Shown: in pieces, positions 20,277-32,647 of the stretch
Layout of the letters: each line of letters opens with the position of its first letter
Numbering within the stretch: the first letter of the stretch is position 1
The notes under the pieces: model-generated
What the model was told of the DNA's origin: nothing
Databases searched by the model: none
The model's input: only the letters and a program-made list of their open reading frames with translations
Source of the DNA: an uncultured Gemmatimonadales bacterium
GTDB taxonomy: Bacteria > Gemmatimonadota > Gemmatimonadetes > Gemmatimonadales > Gemmatimonadaceae
Length of the DNA: 64,000 bases
Assembly (NCBI GenBank): GCA_963701965.1
Contig: OY969695.1
Coordinates: 2,688,001 to 2,752,000 of the forward strand
Reading direction: 5' to 3'
Position numbers and translations under genes: made by a program

Positions 20277-20935
20277 AGACCAACCTGGTTGACGGGAATA
20301 GCCGCGCGCAGGCGCCGGAGCACCTGGGCATCGGCGAGTGTGCGGTCGATAGCGGCGCGGTCGCTGGCCGAGGCGTCGGGTGAGAGCTCGACGATTTGCA
20401 CCAGCACCAGCTCCAGATCCTCGAGCAACTGGCGGCGGTGCGGGTCGGCGCCCGCGGGAGAGTCGATGAGGAGTCGGGTGTTGGAGAGCAGCTCGCGCGC
20501 CCAGCCCGCGAGACGGGCGTTGGCGCCGCGGTCGCGGTCATCGGCCGCGAACGCCGTCAGGAGCGCTTGCACCTGCACGAGTTGCTGCGCCGCGATGATC
20601 TGATACGGTGCGTTCGGCGTCGGCGCGCCGGGCGGAGGCGCGAGGACGACCAATGCCGGAGCCAGCTGGCGCATAGCGACCGGTGCCTGTTGGCTGGTCG
20701 ACCGTCCAATGCCGATACCCAAGGCCAGCACCACGGCCGCCGCGGCCAGGAGCGGCGCCCATCGCCGCACGGCCGGCCCCACGCCGAGCGCCAGCAATGC
20801 CCGCGCGGCGCGGCGCCGGGCGGTAATGGCGTCCCACATCTCATCCCGCGGCACCGCGTGTTGCGGCTCGTGGTAGTCCCGCGCCATCTCGCGCAGCGCG
20901 TCGACCCACTTGTCGTCGTCCAAGTCGTCAATCAT
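20273..20935 (-). CDS. Putative membrane anti-sigma factor
   Basis: ATG 20935 overlaps the sigma TGA; PRDEMWDAI, single TM, LLEDLELVLVQI. Confidence 0.75.
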   Translation of the reverse strand: MIDDLDDDKWVDALREMARDYHEPQHAVPRDEMWDAITARRRAARALLALGVGPAVRRWAPLLAAAAVVLALGIGIGRSTSQQAPVAMRQLAPALVVLAPPPGAPTPNAPYQIIAAQQLVQVQALLTAFAADDRDRGANARLAGWARELLSNTRLLIDSPAGADPHRRQLLEDLELVLVQIVELSPDASASDRAAIDRTLADAQVLRRLRAAIPVNQVGL

Positions 20936-21477
20936 GCGATCCACTCCCCGGCGAAATCCGCCAATGCGGCACGGAGCTTGGCGCGCGCTCGGGAGAGCTG
21001 CGCTTTGGATGTGCCCGACTCGATGCCGAGCACGGCTCCGATCTCGACGTGCGTATATCCCTCGATGTCGTGCATGATGAACACGGTGCGATATCCGTCC
21101 GGCAGCGCGTCGATCGCTTGCGCCAGCCGCTCCTTGAGGTCCGGTTCCGCCCGTCGTCCCGCGACGGGCGCTACGATGTCCTTCGTCTCCATCACGGTCT
21201 CCCGTCCCCGGAGGCGCCGCACGGACCGCAGTCCGTTGAGCGCCACCGACACGCCGATCGTATGCAACCACGTCGCGACGGACGACTGCCGCCGGAACGT
21301 GGCGATGCGGTCGAACGCCCGGATGAACGTCTCCTGGGTGAAATCCCGGGCGAGATCGCTATCGCCGGCGAACCGGTAGGCGAGCCGATAGATACGGTCG
21401 ACGTGCGCGTCGTACAGCGCACGCTGCGCCGCCGGATCCCCGGCCACCACCCGCTCGATCAGCGCTGCCTCGTCCAC
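20932..21477 (-). CDS. ECF RNA polymerase sigma factor
   Basis: DFTQETFIRAF, ATWLHTI, LPDGYRTVF.MHDIEGYTHVEI, GTSKAQLSRAR. Confidence 0.93.
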   Translation of the reverse strand: MDEAALIERVVAGDPAAQRALYDAHVDRIYRLAYRFAGDSDLARDFTQETFIRAFDRIATFRRQSSVATWLHTIGVSVALNGLRSVRRLRGRETVMETKDIVAPVAGRRAEPDLKERLAQAIDALPDGYRTVFIMHDIEGYTHVEIGAVLGIESGTSKAQLSRARAKLRAALADFAGEWIA

Positions 21478-21504
21478 CCGGCCTCGTCGTTAACGACGCC
21501 CCTC

Positions 21505-21531
21505 TGACACACGCCCCTCACAAAGGGTTGC
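21505..21531 (-). promoter_or_regulatory. Candidate ECF-type autoregulatory promoter
   Basis: GCAACC-N16-TGTCA on the minus strand just upstream of the sigma gene. Confidence 0.4.
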
Positions 21532-21541
21532 GCCGCGGCCC

Positions 21542-23600
21542 CTAAGGCTTGAGTTGGCGGTCCAGGAAGTCGGCCGCGGCCGCGTAGAGCGCGACCCATG
21601 TGCCGTGCAACAGGATGTCGTGCGTCTCGTCCGGAAACACGAGCGTCTCGACGTGCACGTGCCGGGCGCGGAGATCCTCGGCCAGCTGTACCGTCTGGGC
21701 GAACGCGACGTTGCGGTCGTCGTCGCCGGCGGCGAGGAGCACGGGCGAGCGCCAGGTGGCGACATCGGCCATGGGCGACGACCGGAACGCGAGCGCCCGT
21801 GCGTGCTGGTCCTTGGCCACATCCCAACCCGGGATGAGCGCCTCGAACTCCAGGTTCCAATCATGCACCCCCGCGTAGTCGACGCCGGCGGCGAACATGT
21901 CGGACGCCCGCGCCAGCGCCATCGCCGTGAGGTATCCCCCGTACGACCCACCCCACGCCCCGATGCGCGCCGGGTCGACGTCGGCCCGCGCGCGCAGATA
22001 GAGCCCCGCGCCCTGCACGTCGTTGAATTCGCTGGCGCCTGTCGCGCCGTAGTTCAGCGCCTCGCGGAAATCGAGACCGTAGCCGATGCCGCTCCGGTAG
22101 TTGACGGACAGGACGATGTACCCGCGGCTGGCCAGGTACTCGTTCATGGCGTAGGCGTTGTGATAGAACTGCAGGTAGTGGAACCCCAGCAGCATCTGCC
22201 GGCGCGAGCCGCCGTGGAAGAACACCACGGCCGGTCGCCGCTCGCCGGGTTTGAGATTGCCGGGCAGAAACAGGTCGCCATGAAGCACCAGGCCGTCCGC
22301 GGCCGGGAACGTCACCGGCTGCGGCGTGACGAGGAGCCGCTCGGCAGGGAATGAGGCCGGCAATGGAGAGATGTCCCGCATCGCGCCGCTCGACACGACG
22401 GCGGCGCGCGCGGGGGCGCGCGCGCCGGAGTGCAGGACGGCGACCTGGCCGTCCGGGAGCGCGACCGGTGACCACTCGATCCCGTCGCCACGGGTGACCG
22501 CCGAGGGCGGGCTCCCCGATGCCTCGACGCGCCAAATGTGCCGTCGCTCGCCATCGTTCTGGTTGCTGGTGACCAGCGCCGCCGCGCGATCGTTCGTGAG
22601 CGCCGCTTGCTCCACCTCGAACGCGCCAGGCGTCAGCAGTCGCGCGTCGCCGCCGGAGGCGGCGATCGCGTACAAGTGCAGCCACCCATCCCGCTCCCAA
22701 GGGAACACGAGCGCGTTCAATGCGGTCCACAAGAGCTGATCCGGCGAGTCCAGCTCGTGAAAGACGCTGCCCGTCCCTTCGGCTGCCGTCCAGAATGGCG
22801 CGCGCCGCGCCGGTGGTCGCGTCCGCCACCCAGATGGCCCACGGGCGCCCGGTGCGTCGCGCGCCGAACACGCTCGTCCGCGTGACCGCCGGCGCGCGCA
22901 CGTAGGCGAGCGAGCGGCCGTCGGGCGACCACGCGGGCGCCTGATCGACGTCCAGCCCCGGCGCGACGTAGCGCAGCGTGTGCGTCGTGAAGTCGTACAC
23001 GCCAATGAACGCGTGGTCCCCGCGCGTGCTCACCCAGGCCAGGCGCATGCCGTCCGGCGACCACCGGAGAGCACTGGCCCGGCCCCGCGTATGTGCCAGC
23101 TGCGTGGCCGTGTCGTGCGCGTCGGCGCTCACGCTCCAGATCTGCCCGGCGTGCACGAACGCGATCCGGGAGCGTCCGACTGCCGCTCCAGTGCCGGCAC
23201 CGAGCCGCCGCGGCGGCCCGCCGACGAGCGGGGCCAACCAGACGTCCTGCGTGGCGCCATCGGGAACGAACGTCGGATTCGGGATCTCCCCCTGCGTGTT
23301 GGGATCGCCGCCCCGGACATAGACGACGCCGCTCGCATCGTCCAGCCAATGCAGATCGGTGATCTCTTGGCCGTTGTCTCCCGTGTACGCCGTCAGCCGC
23401 CGCGCGGCGTACCCGGGGGCCGGAGCGACCCAGACATTGCGGGCGCCGTTGCTGTCGAGCACCCACGCGACGCCGCCGGCGCCAGTGGCCAGCTCGGTTG
23501 GAAACGGCGCGCTCATGACGCCGGCCAGGGTCACGGCCTGGCCGGCGAGCGCCGCCGGCGCCAGCGAGACGACAGCGCACACAATGGGGAGTCGGGTCAT
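21542..23600 (-). CDS. S9 (DPP IV/prolyl oligopeptidase-like) peptidase, 1-nt frameshift at about 22794
   Basis: Signal peptide and WSPDG propeller repeats in one frame; HGG, NYRSGIGYG, WGGSYGG, DDRNV, ETHD in the next. Removing one A at 22794-5 gives ...GAARAIWTAAEG. Confidence 0.88.
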
Positions 23601-23648
23601 GGCCGCGACGTTAGCGACGCGACGTCCGGATGTCTATATTCGCCGGCC

Positions 23649-24527
23649 ATGCTGCCCTTGCTGCTCGCCCTGACCGTCGGCGCGGATTCCCTGCAGGCCC
23701 AGGTGAACGCGCGCATTGCCGCGGTGCCCGGCGCCCAAGTCGGCGTCTACTACCGCCGCCTGTCCGACAATGACACGCTGAGCCTCGCCGCGGACACGGT
23801 CTTCCATGCGGCGAGCACGATGAAGATACCGGTCATGATCGAGCTGTTTCGGATGATGGAGGCCGGCCAGGTCACGCTCGCTCAGCCGCTCCTTCTCTCC
23901 AACCGCTTCACGAGCATCGCCGACGGTTCACCTTTTTCCGCCGACTCGGCCGACGACTCCGACAGCACGCTCTATCGGCGCATCGGCCAGCGGGTCCCGA
24001 TCCGCGACCTGCTCCGGCTCATGATTCAGCGCTCCAGCAACCTGGCTACCAACACCCTGATCGCGCTCATGGGGGCGGCGCGGGCCGACTCGGCCGCGCG
24101 GGCCCTCGGCGCCACGCACACCCAGGTGCGGCGCGGCGTCGAGGACGGAAAGGCCTTTGCGGCGGGGATCAACAACGTGACCACGGCGCGCGACTTGGCG
24201 ACGCTGATGGCGGCCATCGCCGGCAACACGGCCGCCTCGCGCCGGAGCTGCACGCTCATGCGCGACATCCTCCTCGGCCAGGAGTTCAACACCGAGATCC
24301 CGGCCGGGCTCCCGCCGGGTACACGCGTGGCGCACAAGACCGGGTCGATCACGGGCCATCTGCACGACGCGGCGATCGTGTATCCGCACTATCCCAGCGA
24401 GAAGGACGCCTACGTGCTGGTCGTCATGACGCGCGGGATTGCCGTAGAGAAAATCGCGCGGTCGATGATCGCCGATATCTCGCGCCTCGTCTACGCCCGG
24501 GCCACTAGCGCGAATACGTCCCCGTGA
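23649..24527 (+). CDS. Serine hydrolase, class A beta-lactamase-like
   Basis: ASTMK (SxxK), SSN, HKTG; signal peptide. Confidence 0.9.
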   Translation: MLPLLLALTVGADSLQAQVNARIAAVPGAQVGVYYRRLSDNDTLSLAADTVFHAASTMKIPVMIELFRMMEAGQVTLAQPLLLSNRFTSIADGSPFSADSADDSDSTLYRRIGQRVPIRDLLRLMIQRSSNLATNTLIALMGAARADSAARALGATHTQVRRGVEDGKAFAAGINNVTTARDLATLMAAIAGNTAASRRSCTLMRDILLGQEFNTEIPAGLPPGTRVAHKTGSITGHLHDAAIVYPHYPSEKDAYVLVVMTRGIAVEKIARSMIADISRLVYARATSANTSP

Positions 24528-25038
24528 GCGTGCCTTGCGCCAAGAGGTGCCCGCGCATGCCGAAGTTCATGCGGGCGCCGGTCGTCATGGAACCGATCCC
24601 GGAGATGGTGGCGACGTCGAGAGCGAACACGGTGAAGTGATAGTGGTGCGGGCCATCGTCTTCGGGCGGACACGGTCCCCCGTAGGTGCTCTCGCCGTAG
24701 TCGGTCAGTCCCTGCACACTGCCTTGGGGCAGGAGTCCGGCGGCGACGGCGTTTTCGGGCAGACTCGTCACCGCGGCCGGGATGTTGGCCAGAATCCAGT
24801 GATGAAATCCCGACCCGGTCGGCGCGTCCGGGTCGAAGCAGATGAGCACGAAGCTCTTCGTGCCTTTCGGCGCCTCGCTCCACGACAGTTGCGGCGATAC
24901 GTTCTTGCCGCCGCACCCGCCAAACGCGGTGCTGGCCGGCATCGCGCTATCCGGCTTGAACGTCGTGCTGGTCACACGAATGGGTTGCGGGCTCGCGGGC
25001 GCCTGCGGCGCGCGCACGGACACGGTCGGGTTCGTCAT
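24505..25038 (-). CDS. YbhB/YbcL (PEBP) family protein
   Basis: NVSPQLSW, DPDAPTGSGFHHW, YGGPCPP, HHYHFTVFALD. ATG 25038 overlaps the TAA of the corrected amidohydrolase. Confidence 0.9.
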   Translation of the reverse strand: MTNPTVSVRAPQAPASPQPIRVTSTTFKPDSAMPASTAFGGCGGKNVSPQLSWSEAPKGTKSFVLICFDPDAPTGSGFHHWILANIPAAVTSLPENAVAAGLLPQGSVQGLTDYGESTYGGPCPPEDDGPHHYHFTVFALDVATISGIGSMTTGARMNFGMRGHLLAQGTLTGTYSR

Positions 25039-26691
25039 TACTTGAGCTCCGTGGAACGTTCGTAAACAATGCGGCCCCCGACGACCGTGGCGAGGACGTG
25101 CGCCTCGCGGATGGTCGCGGGAGGGGATGCGCGTGAGATCCCGGTCGATCAGCACGAAATCGGCCAGCTTCCCCACGGATAACGTGCCGAGCGTAGAATC
25201 GCTGAACGTCGCGTAGGCCGCGTCGCGAGTGTAGGCGCGCAACGCTTCCTCGACCGTGATCTTCTGCTCGGGAATCCACCCGTCGGGGTGAGCGTCATCG
25301 AGCGTCCGCCGCGTGACCGCCGCATCGATCCCCTCGAGCGGCGTGGGAGGCGCGACGAACCAGTCGCTCCCGAACGCCAACCGGGCGTGCGTGTCGAGCA
25401 GCGTCCGGAACGCGAACATCGTCTGCGCGCGCTCGTGTCCGATCACGCGTTCGGCCCACCGGCCGTCGTCCATGGCGTGATACGGCTGCATGCTGGCGAT
25501 CACGCTCAGCGTGCCGAACCGCGGCACATCGGCCGGCGCTAGGTGCTGGGCGTGCTCGATCCGGAACCGCCGGTCGCGCGGACCGTTCTCGCGTTCCACG
25601 CGCTCGTAGATATCGAGCATGAGGCGATTGGCCCGGTCGCCAATGGCGTGAACCATGACTTGTAGTCCCGCCTGATCCGCGGCCTTCGTGCGGGCATAGA
25701 GGCTCTCGGGGGGGGTCACGAGGAGTCCAGTGTCCCGCGGCGCATCGTTGAACGGCGCCAGCATGGCGGCCGTACGCGAGCCCAGCGACCCATCGGCGAA
25801 TCCCTTGAGCCCGCCCCAGTGGAGCCAGGCGTCGCCGCGGCCCTCGGCGGCGATCGTGTCGCGCAACAGCGCCCAGTCCCGGAGCGGCACCACCGCGTAG
25901 ATGCGGGTCTTGAGTCGCCCGCTCGCCCGGGCGCGCTTGAATGTCTCGAAGTCCGCCCACGAGCCCATGTTCGTCACGGCGGTGACGCCCCGCTCGGCCA
26001 GGTAGGCCGTCGCGGTGTCCAACGCGCGGTCCTGTGCCGCGAGGGACGGCGCCGGAATGACGCGGCCGATCAGCCCCATGGCGTTGTCTTTGAGGATGCC
26101 GGTGGGCTCGCCGGCGGCGTCGTGCACGATCTCGCCGCCATCGACCGCGTTGGCGCGCGTGATCTGGGCGGCGGCCAGCGCCGCCGAATTGGCCAGCCCC
26201 ATGTGCCCGTCCACGCGGCCGATCCACACCGGGTTGTGCGGCGTCACCGAATCGATCCACTGGCGGGTGGGTAGCTCGCCGCCCCAGTGCGTGTGATCCC
26301 AGCCGCCGCCCCGGATCCACGTGCCCGGTGGCACCCGGCGCGCGTAGGCGCCGAGGCGGGCCACGAAGTCGGCGCGGGAATTCGCCTCGTGCAGCTGGAC
26401 GGACATGAGCGAGAACCCGGCGTCGATGGCGTGGACGTGGGAGTCTATGAGGCCCGGAGTGACCATCGCGCCGTGCGCGTCGATCACCCGCGTGTCCGGT
26501 CCGCGCCACTTCATGGCCTCGGCCGAGGTCCCGACCGCCGCCAGGCGATCGTCGCGCGCCGCCAGCGCCTGCGCCCACGGGCGCGCGCTGTCGCCGGTCC
26601 AGATACGGGCGTTGACGACGATCAGGGAAGCGGGGGCGGTGGGCATGCCGACGGGCCAGAGCGCGAGAGCCAGCAAGAGGAGGGAGCGCAT
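25038..26691 (-). CDS. YtcJ-like amidohydrolase (Amidohydro_3), +1 frameshift near the 3' end
   Basis: PGLIDSHVH, DGHMGLANS, FADGSLG, HAIGD, RIEHAQ, GSDW. Removing one base at 25123-6 restores the typical end TIREAHVLATVVGGRIVYERSTELK*. Confidence 0.9.
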
Positions 26692-26762
26692 GGGCCAACG
26701 TTGCGCCGAACTCCCACTCGGCGCAACGCTTGACCAGTGCCACTGCTAGATTATTTCACGCC

Positions 26763-27172
26763 ATGATCCCGCCCAAGCCGCTCGGCCTGCTCGTGTTGTT
26801 GGCGCTCGGCGCCTGTGTCAGCAAAGACGACGCGAAAAAGGCGATCGACGCGCTGGCCGAGTCCAAGACCGTGGTGCCGGACCAGCTTCCCCTGATGCAG
26901 AACACGACGCCGCCGTTCCGGTACCCCGAGGCGCTCGTCGCCTCGGGCGCCCGCGACACCGTCGTGCTGCGGATCTTCATCGACTCCCTGGGTGCCGTCC
27001 GGCCGGAGTCGACGCGGCTCGACCATCCGTCGCACTATCCTGCCCTCGACACGGCCGCTCTCGCCGGCGCCAACGCGTTGACGTTCTCGCCCGCGCGGCG
27101 CCAGGGTCGCGCAATGGCGGTGTCCATCAAGCTCCCCGTGCAGTTCAACCCGCCACCATCGCGAGCCAAGCC

Positions 27173-27176
<4 letters not shown>
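26763..27176 (+). CDS. TonB C-terminal domain lipoprotein
   Basis: Lipobox LGAC, PPFRYP, LDTAAL, FSPARRQG, LPVQF. Confidence 0.8.
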
Positions 27177-29604
<2,428 letters not shown>

Positions 29605-29703
29605 GGTGACGGCCCGTGCCACGACTCGTCGTGGCTGACAGGAACCGAACCCCACGGGCCGGGTCCTACTAGATATACTTAGTCTGCCGCACCCGACTCC
29701 CCC

Positions 29704-30618
29704 ATGTCCTACCCCCTCACCGACGACTCCGACGCGCACCGGGTGACCCCGGCGGTGCAGTGGCTGATCGGGATCAATGTCCTGATCTACTTCCTGCAGG
29801 TCACGGTCACGCGCCAAGGCCTGGTCGACCTCCTCGGATTTCGCGCGGCGAACCTGCCGACGCAGTGGTGGACGGTCGTCACGTACATGTTCGTGCACGG
29901 GGGGCTGTTCCATCTCGGCTTCAACATGCTCACGCTCTTTTTCTTTGGCCCGCGCGTCGAGCGGGCCTGGGGCGCGGGGCCGTTCGTCCGGTACTACATC
30001 CTCTGCGGACTCGGGGGGTGGCTGGCGCACCTCATGCTGGCGCGGAACACGACGCTCATCGGGGCGTCGGCGGCGATTTACGGCGTCATGTTGGCCTACG
30101 CGGTGCGGTGGCCCGACGACGAGGTGTATCTCTTTTTTGCAGTGCCGGTCAAGGTCAAATGGTTGGTGGCCATTCTCGTGGTGATCAACCTCGTCATGGG
30201 CCTGGCGCCGGGCGGGGATGTGAGCGGTCTCGCCAACTTCGCGCACCTGGGCGGATTCGCGGCCGGCTGGCTGTATCTGCACTATCCGAGCACGGGCAGC
30301 ATCCAGCGGCTGCGGCAGCGGGTGTCGCAGGTGCCCGACGTGCCGGATGAGACGCCGCGGGCGATTCCCCGGTCGGGACCGGCGCCGCGGTCGCGCGAGC
30401 GGCACGACATCGACGAGATCGTGGCGCGGAGCAAAGCGGCGGTCGTCAAGCGGCCGTCGCCCCCCGCGCCGGCGCCGTTGCGCGTCAATCCGGCCGCGTC
30501 CCGCACCGAGGAATTGGACCTCGTGCTCGACAAGATCAACCGGCAGGGGATGGAGAGCCTGACGGTCGACGAGCGCCGGTTGCTGGACGAGATGTCGCGC
30601 CGGTTGCGCGACCGCTAG
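29704..30618 (+). CDS. Rhomboid intramembrane serine protease with C-terminal DUF6576-like helix
   Basis: TYMFVH...HLGFNM, GASA, AHLGG, LDKINRQGMESLT.DER. Confidence 0.92.
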   Translation: MSYPLTDDSDAHRVTPAVQWLIGINVLIYFLQVTVTRQGLVDLLGFRAANLPTQWWTVVTYMFVHGGLFHLGFNMLTLFFFGPRVERAWGAGPFVRYYILCGLGGWLAHLMLARNTTLIGASAAIYGVMLAYAVRWPDDEVYLFFAVPVKVKWLVAILVVINLVMGLAPGGDVSGLANFAHLGGFAAGWLYLHYPSTGSIQRLRQRVSQVPDVPDETPRAIPRSGPAPRSRERHDIDEIVARSKAAVVKRPSPPAPAPLRVNPAASRTEELDLVLDKINRQGMESLTVDERRLLDEMSRRLRDR

Positions 30619-31011
30619 ATGCCCCAGCCGGAGCTGCTGGAGTCTTTTCCCAATCCGTACCCGGGGCGCGACTACACGATCGCGATGACGTGTCCCGAGT
30701 TCACGTCGCTCTGTCCCCTGGGCGGCATCGAGAGCGATGCCCGGGAACTGGACCTCCTCAAAGGCGGCGCGCCCGACTTCGGTACGATGATCATCTCGTA
30801 CCGGCCGGACGCGCTGTGCCTCGAGCTCAAAAGCTTGAAGCTCTACCTCTGGAGCTTTCGCAACGACGGCATCTTCTACGAGCGCGCCGTCAACCGCATC
30901 CTCGATGATCTCACCGCCAAGGTGACCCCGACGTGGATGGAAGTCGTTGGCGACTTCAACATCCGCGGCGGCATCAAGTCGGTGATCACGGCGAAGTTCT
31001 CGGCTCCCTGA
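30619..31011 (+). CDS. queF: preQ0 reductase QueF (type I) with a loop insertion
   Basis: PEFTSLCP...PDF, ELKSLKLYL, FNIRGGI. Confidence 0.92.
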   Translation: MPQPELLESFPNPYPGRDYTIAMTCPEFTSLCPLGGIESDARELDLLKGGAPDFGTMIISYRPDALCLELKSLKLYLWSFRNDGIFYERAVNRILDDLTAKVTPTWMEVVGDFNIRGGIKSVITAKFSAP

Positions 31012-31018
31012 AAGAGTC

Positions 31019-31211
31019 CTAGAAAGCGTACCGGGCCGAAAGCTGGATCTGGTACACCGACGACAGGTTCGTCGCGCTGTACCGGTTCTGCCCGGAGAGG
31101 GTGAACTCCAGTGAGGGCGCCCGTCGTGATGCTTTGCGCTGCAGCGCGCATCGCGTTCAGGAACAATCCACAGCCGATCGCGACTACGAACCGACAGCGA
31201 AGACTCATCAT
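31019..31211 (-). pseudogene. Internally deleted TonB-dependent (Oar-type) receptor remnant
   Basis: SD AGGAG plus MMSLRCRFVVAIGCGLFLNAMRAAAQSITTGALTG, joined out of frame at about 31105 to FTLSGQNRYSATNLSSVYQIQLSARYAF*. Confidence 0.75.
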
Positions 31212-31359
31212 CCCGTCTCCTGTGAGGTGTAGAGAGCGGGAGAAAATGAAGGTTGACGCTTTACGGTCCGGTAACGTCGACGAAACGAAACGCGTAATTA
31301 TTACGGTCGCATTTCCATCCAAACGCGCGCGAAACGTGGAGTGTATCCCGTATTCCCCA

Positions 31360-32454
31360 TCATACGGCGAGCCGTTGGCGTTCCAGTTCGCGTGAGGCGC
31401 GATCCGCTTCGAGGCTGGGCAGCGTGCGGCCCGCGGCTTCGGCGAACGCGCGCAAGCGTCGCATCATGGCGTCGAAGTGGTCGAACGTAAGACTTTGCTC
31501 GCCATCGGAGCGCGCCGATTCGGGTTCGGGGTGTACCTCGACGATCAGTCCATCGGCGCCCGCGGCGATCGCGGCGAACGCCAGCGGTGCGACGAGCGAG
31601 GCGCGGCCGCCGGCGTGGCTCGGGTCGACGATCACGGGTAAATGCGTCTCGGCCTTGAGGACGGGGACGGCGGCGATGTCGAGCGTGTTGCGCGTGGCGG
31701 TCTCGTAGGTGCGAATGCCGCGCTCGCACAAGATCACGCGCCGGTTGCCGTAGGATAGCACGTACTCGGCCGCCATCAAGAGCTCCTGGATCGTCGCCGA
31801 GAGCCCGCGCTTGAGCAGAACCGGGCGGTCGACGCGGCCGACTTCCGCCAGCAGTGAGAAGTTCTGCATGTTGCGGGCGCCGATCTGGAGACAGTCGGCG
31901 ACCTCGGCGACGGCGTCGACCTGTCGCGGATCCATCACTTCCGTCACGATAGGCAGGCCCGTCTCGGCGCGCGCCTCCGCCAGCATCTCGAGCGCCGGGT
32001 TGCCCAGGCCTTGGAACGCGTACGGGGAAGACCGTGGCTTGAACGCGCCGCCGCGGAGGGCGCGCGCGCCCGCGGTGCGGACCGCGCGCGCGGTGGCGCG
32101 GATCATGTCGCGCCCTTCGACCGAGCACGGGCCGGCGATGACGGCCAGCGCGCGACCCCCGACGATGCACGGGGAGTCGGTGGTCCCGGCGCCGAGCGTG
32201 ACCGGAGTCGTGGCGCCTTCGGCGGCGAAGCCCCGCGCGGCCAGCTTGTAGGGACGCAGCACTGGCGTCACCGACTCGACGCCCGGCAGCGCCAGCAGCG
32301 GCACCTCGGCCAGCGCGGACTCGTCGCCGACGCAGCCGATCACGACGCGCTGCTCGCCGCGTGAAAGGTGGGTTCGCAGGCCGAGCGACTCGACTCTCGC
32401 GCAGATGTGCGCGATCTCGGCTTCGGTAATACCGGCTCTCGCCACGATGATCAT
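31360..32454 (-). CDS. aroF: DAHP synthase, class I-beta, with N-terminal regulatory domain
   Basis: [56 protein letters not shown]. Confidence 0.95.
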   Translation of the reverse strand: MIIVARAGITEAEIAHICARVESLGLRTHLSRGEQRVVIGCVGDESALAEVPLLALPGVESVTPVLRPYKLAARGFAAEGATTPVTLGAGTTDSPCIVGGRALAVIAGPCSVEGRDMIRATARAVRTAGARALRGGAFKPRSSPYAFQGLGNPALEMLAEARAETGLPIVTEVMDPRQVDAVAEVADCLQIGARNMQNFSLLAEVGRVDRPVLLKRGLSATIQELLMAAEYVLSYGNRRVILCERGIRTYETATRNTLDIAAVPVLKAETHLPVIVDPSHAGGRASLVAPLAFAAIAAGADGLIVEVHPEPESARSDGEQSLTFDHFDAMMRRLRAFAEAAGRTLPSLEADRASRELERQRLAV

Positions 32455-32472
32455 AGGAAGAAGAGAAGAAGT

Positions 32473-32505
32473 AAAAAAGGCCCCCGTCGTTTGACGGAGG
32501 CCTTT
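32473..32505 (-). terminator. Attenuator (intrinsic terminator) upstream of aroF
   Basis: Minus strand AAAGGCCTCCGTC-AAAC-GACGGGGGCCTTTTTT, ending 18 nt before the aroF ATG. Confidence 0.88.
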
Positions 32506-32537
32506 GGTGTTCGCTGCTCGCCGCTATGTGCTAGCGT

Positions 32538-32606
32538 CTACGCGCGCGATCGCCAGGCCCCCGGAGGGAAGGCCCAATAAAAGCGGTAGGCGTAGTGGCA
32601 GCGCAT
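32538..32606 (-). CDS. aroF leader peptide MRCHYAYRFYWAFPPGAWRSRA
   Basis: 22 codons with 3 Tyr, 2 Phe and 2 Trp, directly upstream of the terminator. Candidate promoter TTGCGA-N17-GACATT ends 7 nt before its ATG. Confidence 0.85.
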   Translation of the reverse strand: MRCHYAYRFYWAFPPGAWRSRA

Positions 32607-32647
32607 GATGGACAATGTCTCTCGGGCGAAGGGCTTTCGCAAGGGTA

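Noticed and set aside
23649..24527. Bona fide antibiotic-resistance beta-lactamase
   Set aside because: SxxK/SxN/KTG are shared with many serine hydrolases and PBPs, and there is no mobile context, so activity cannot be inferred.
24505..26691. 728-aa amidohydrolase-YbhB fusion in the ORF track
   Set aside because: One extra base in the G4 run at 25123-6 explains it. The shifted frame has the normal TVVGGRIVY end and a TAATG stop/start overlap with ybhB.
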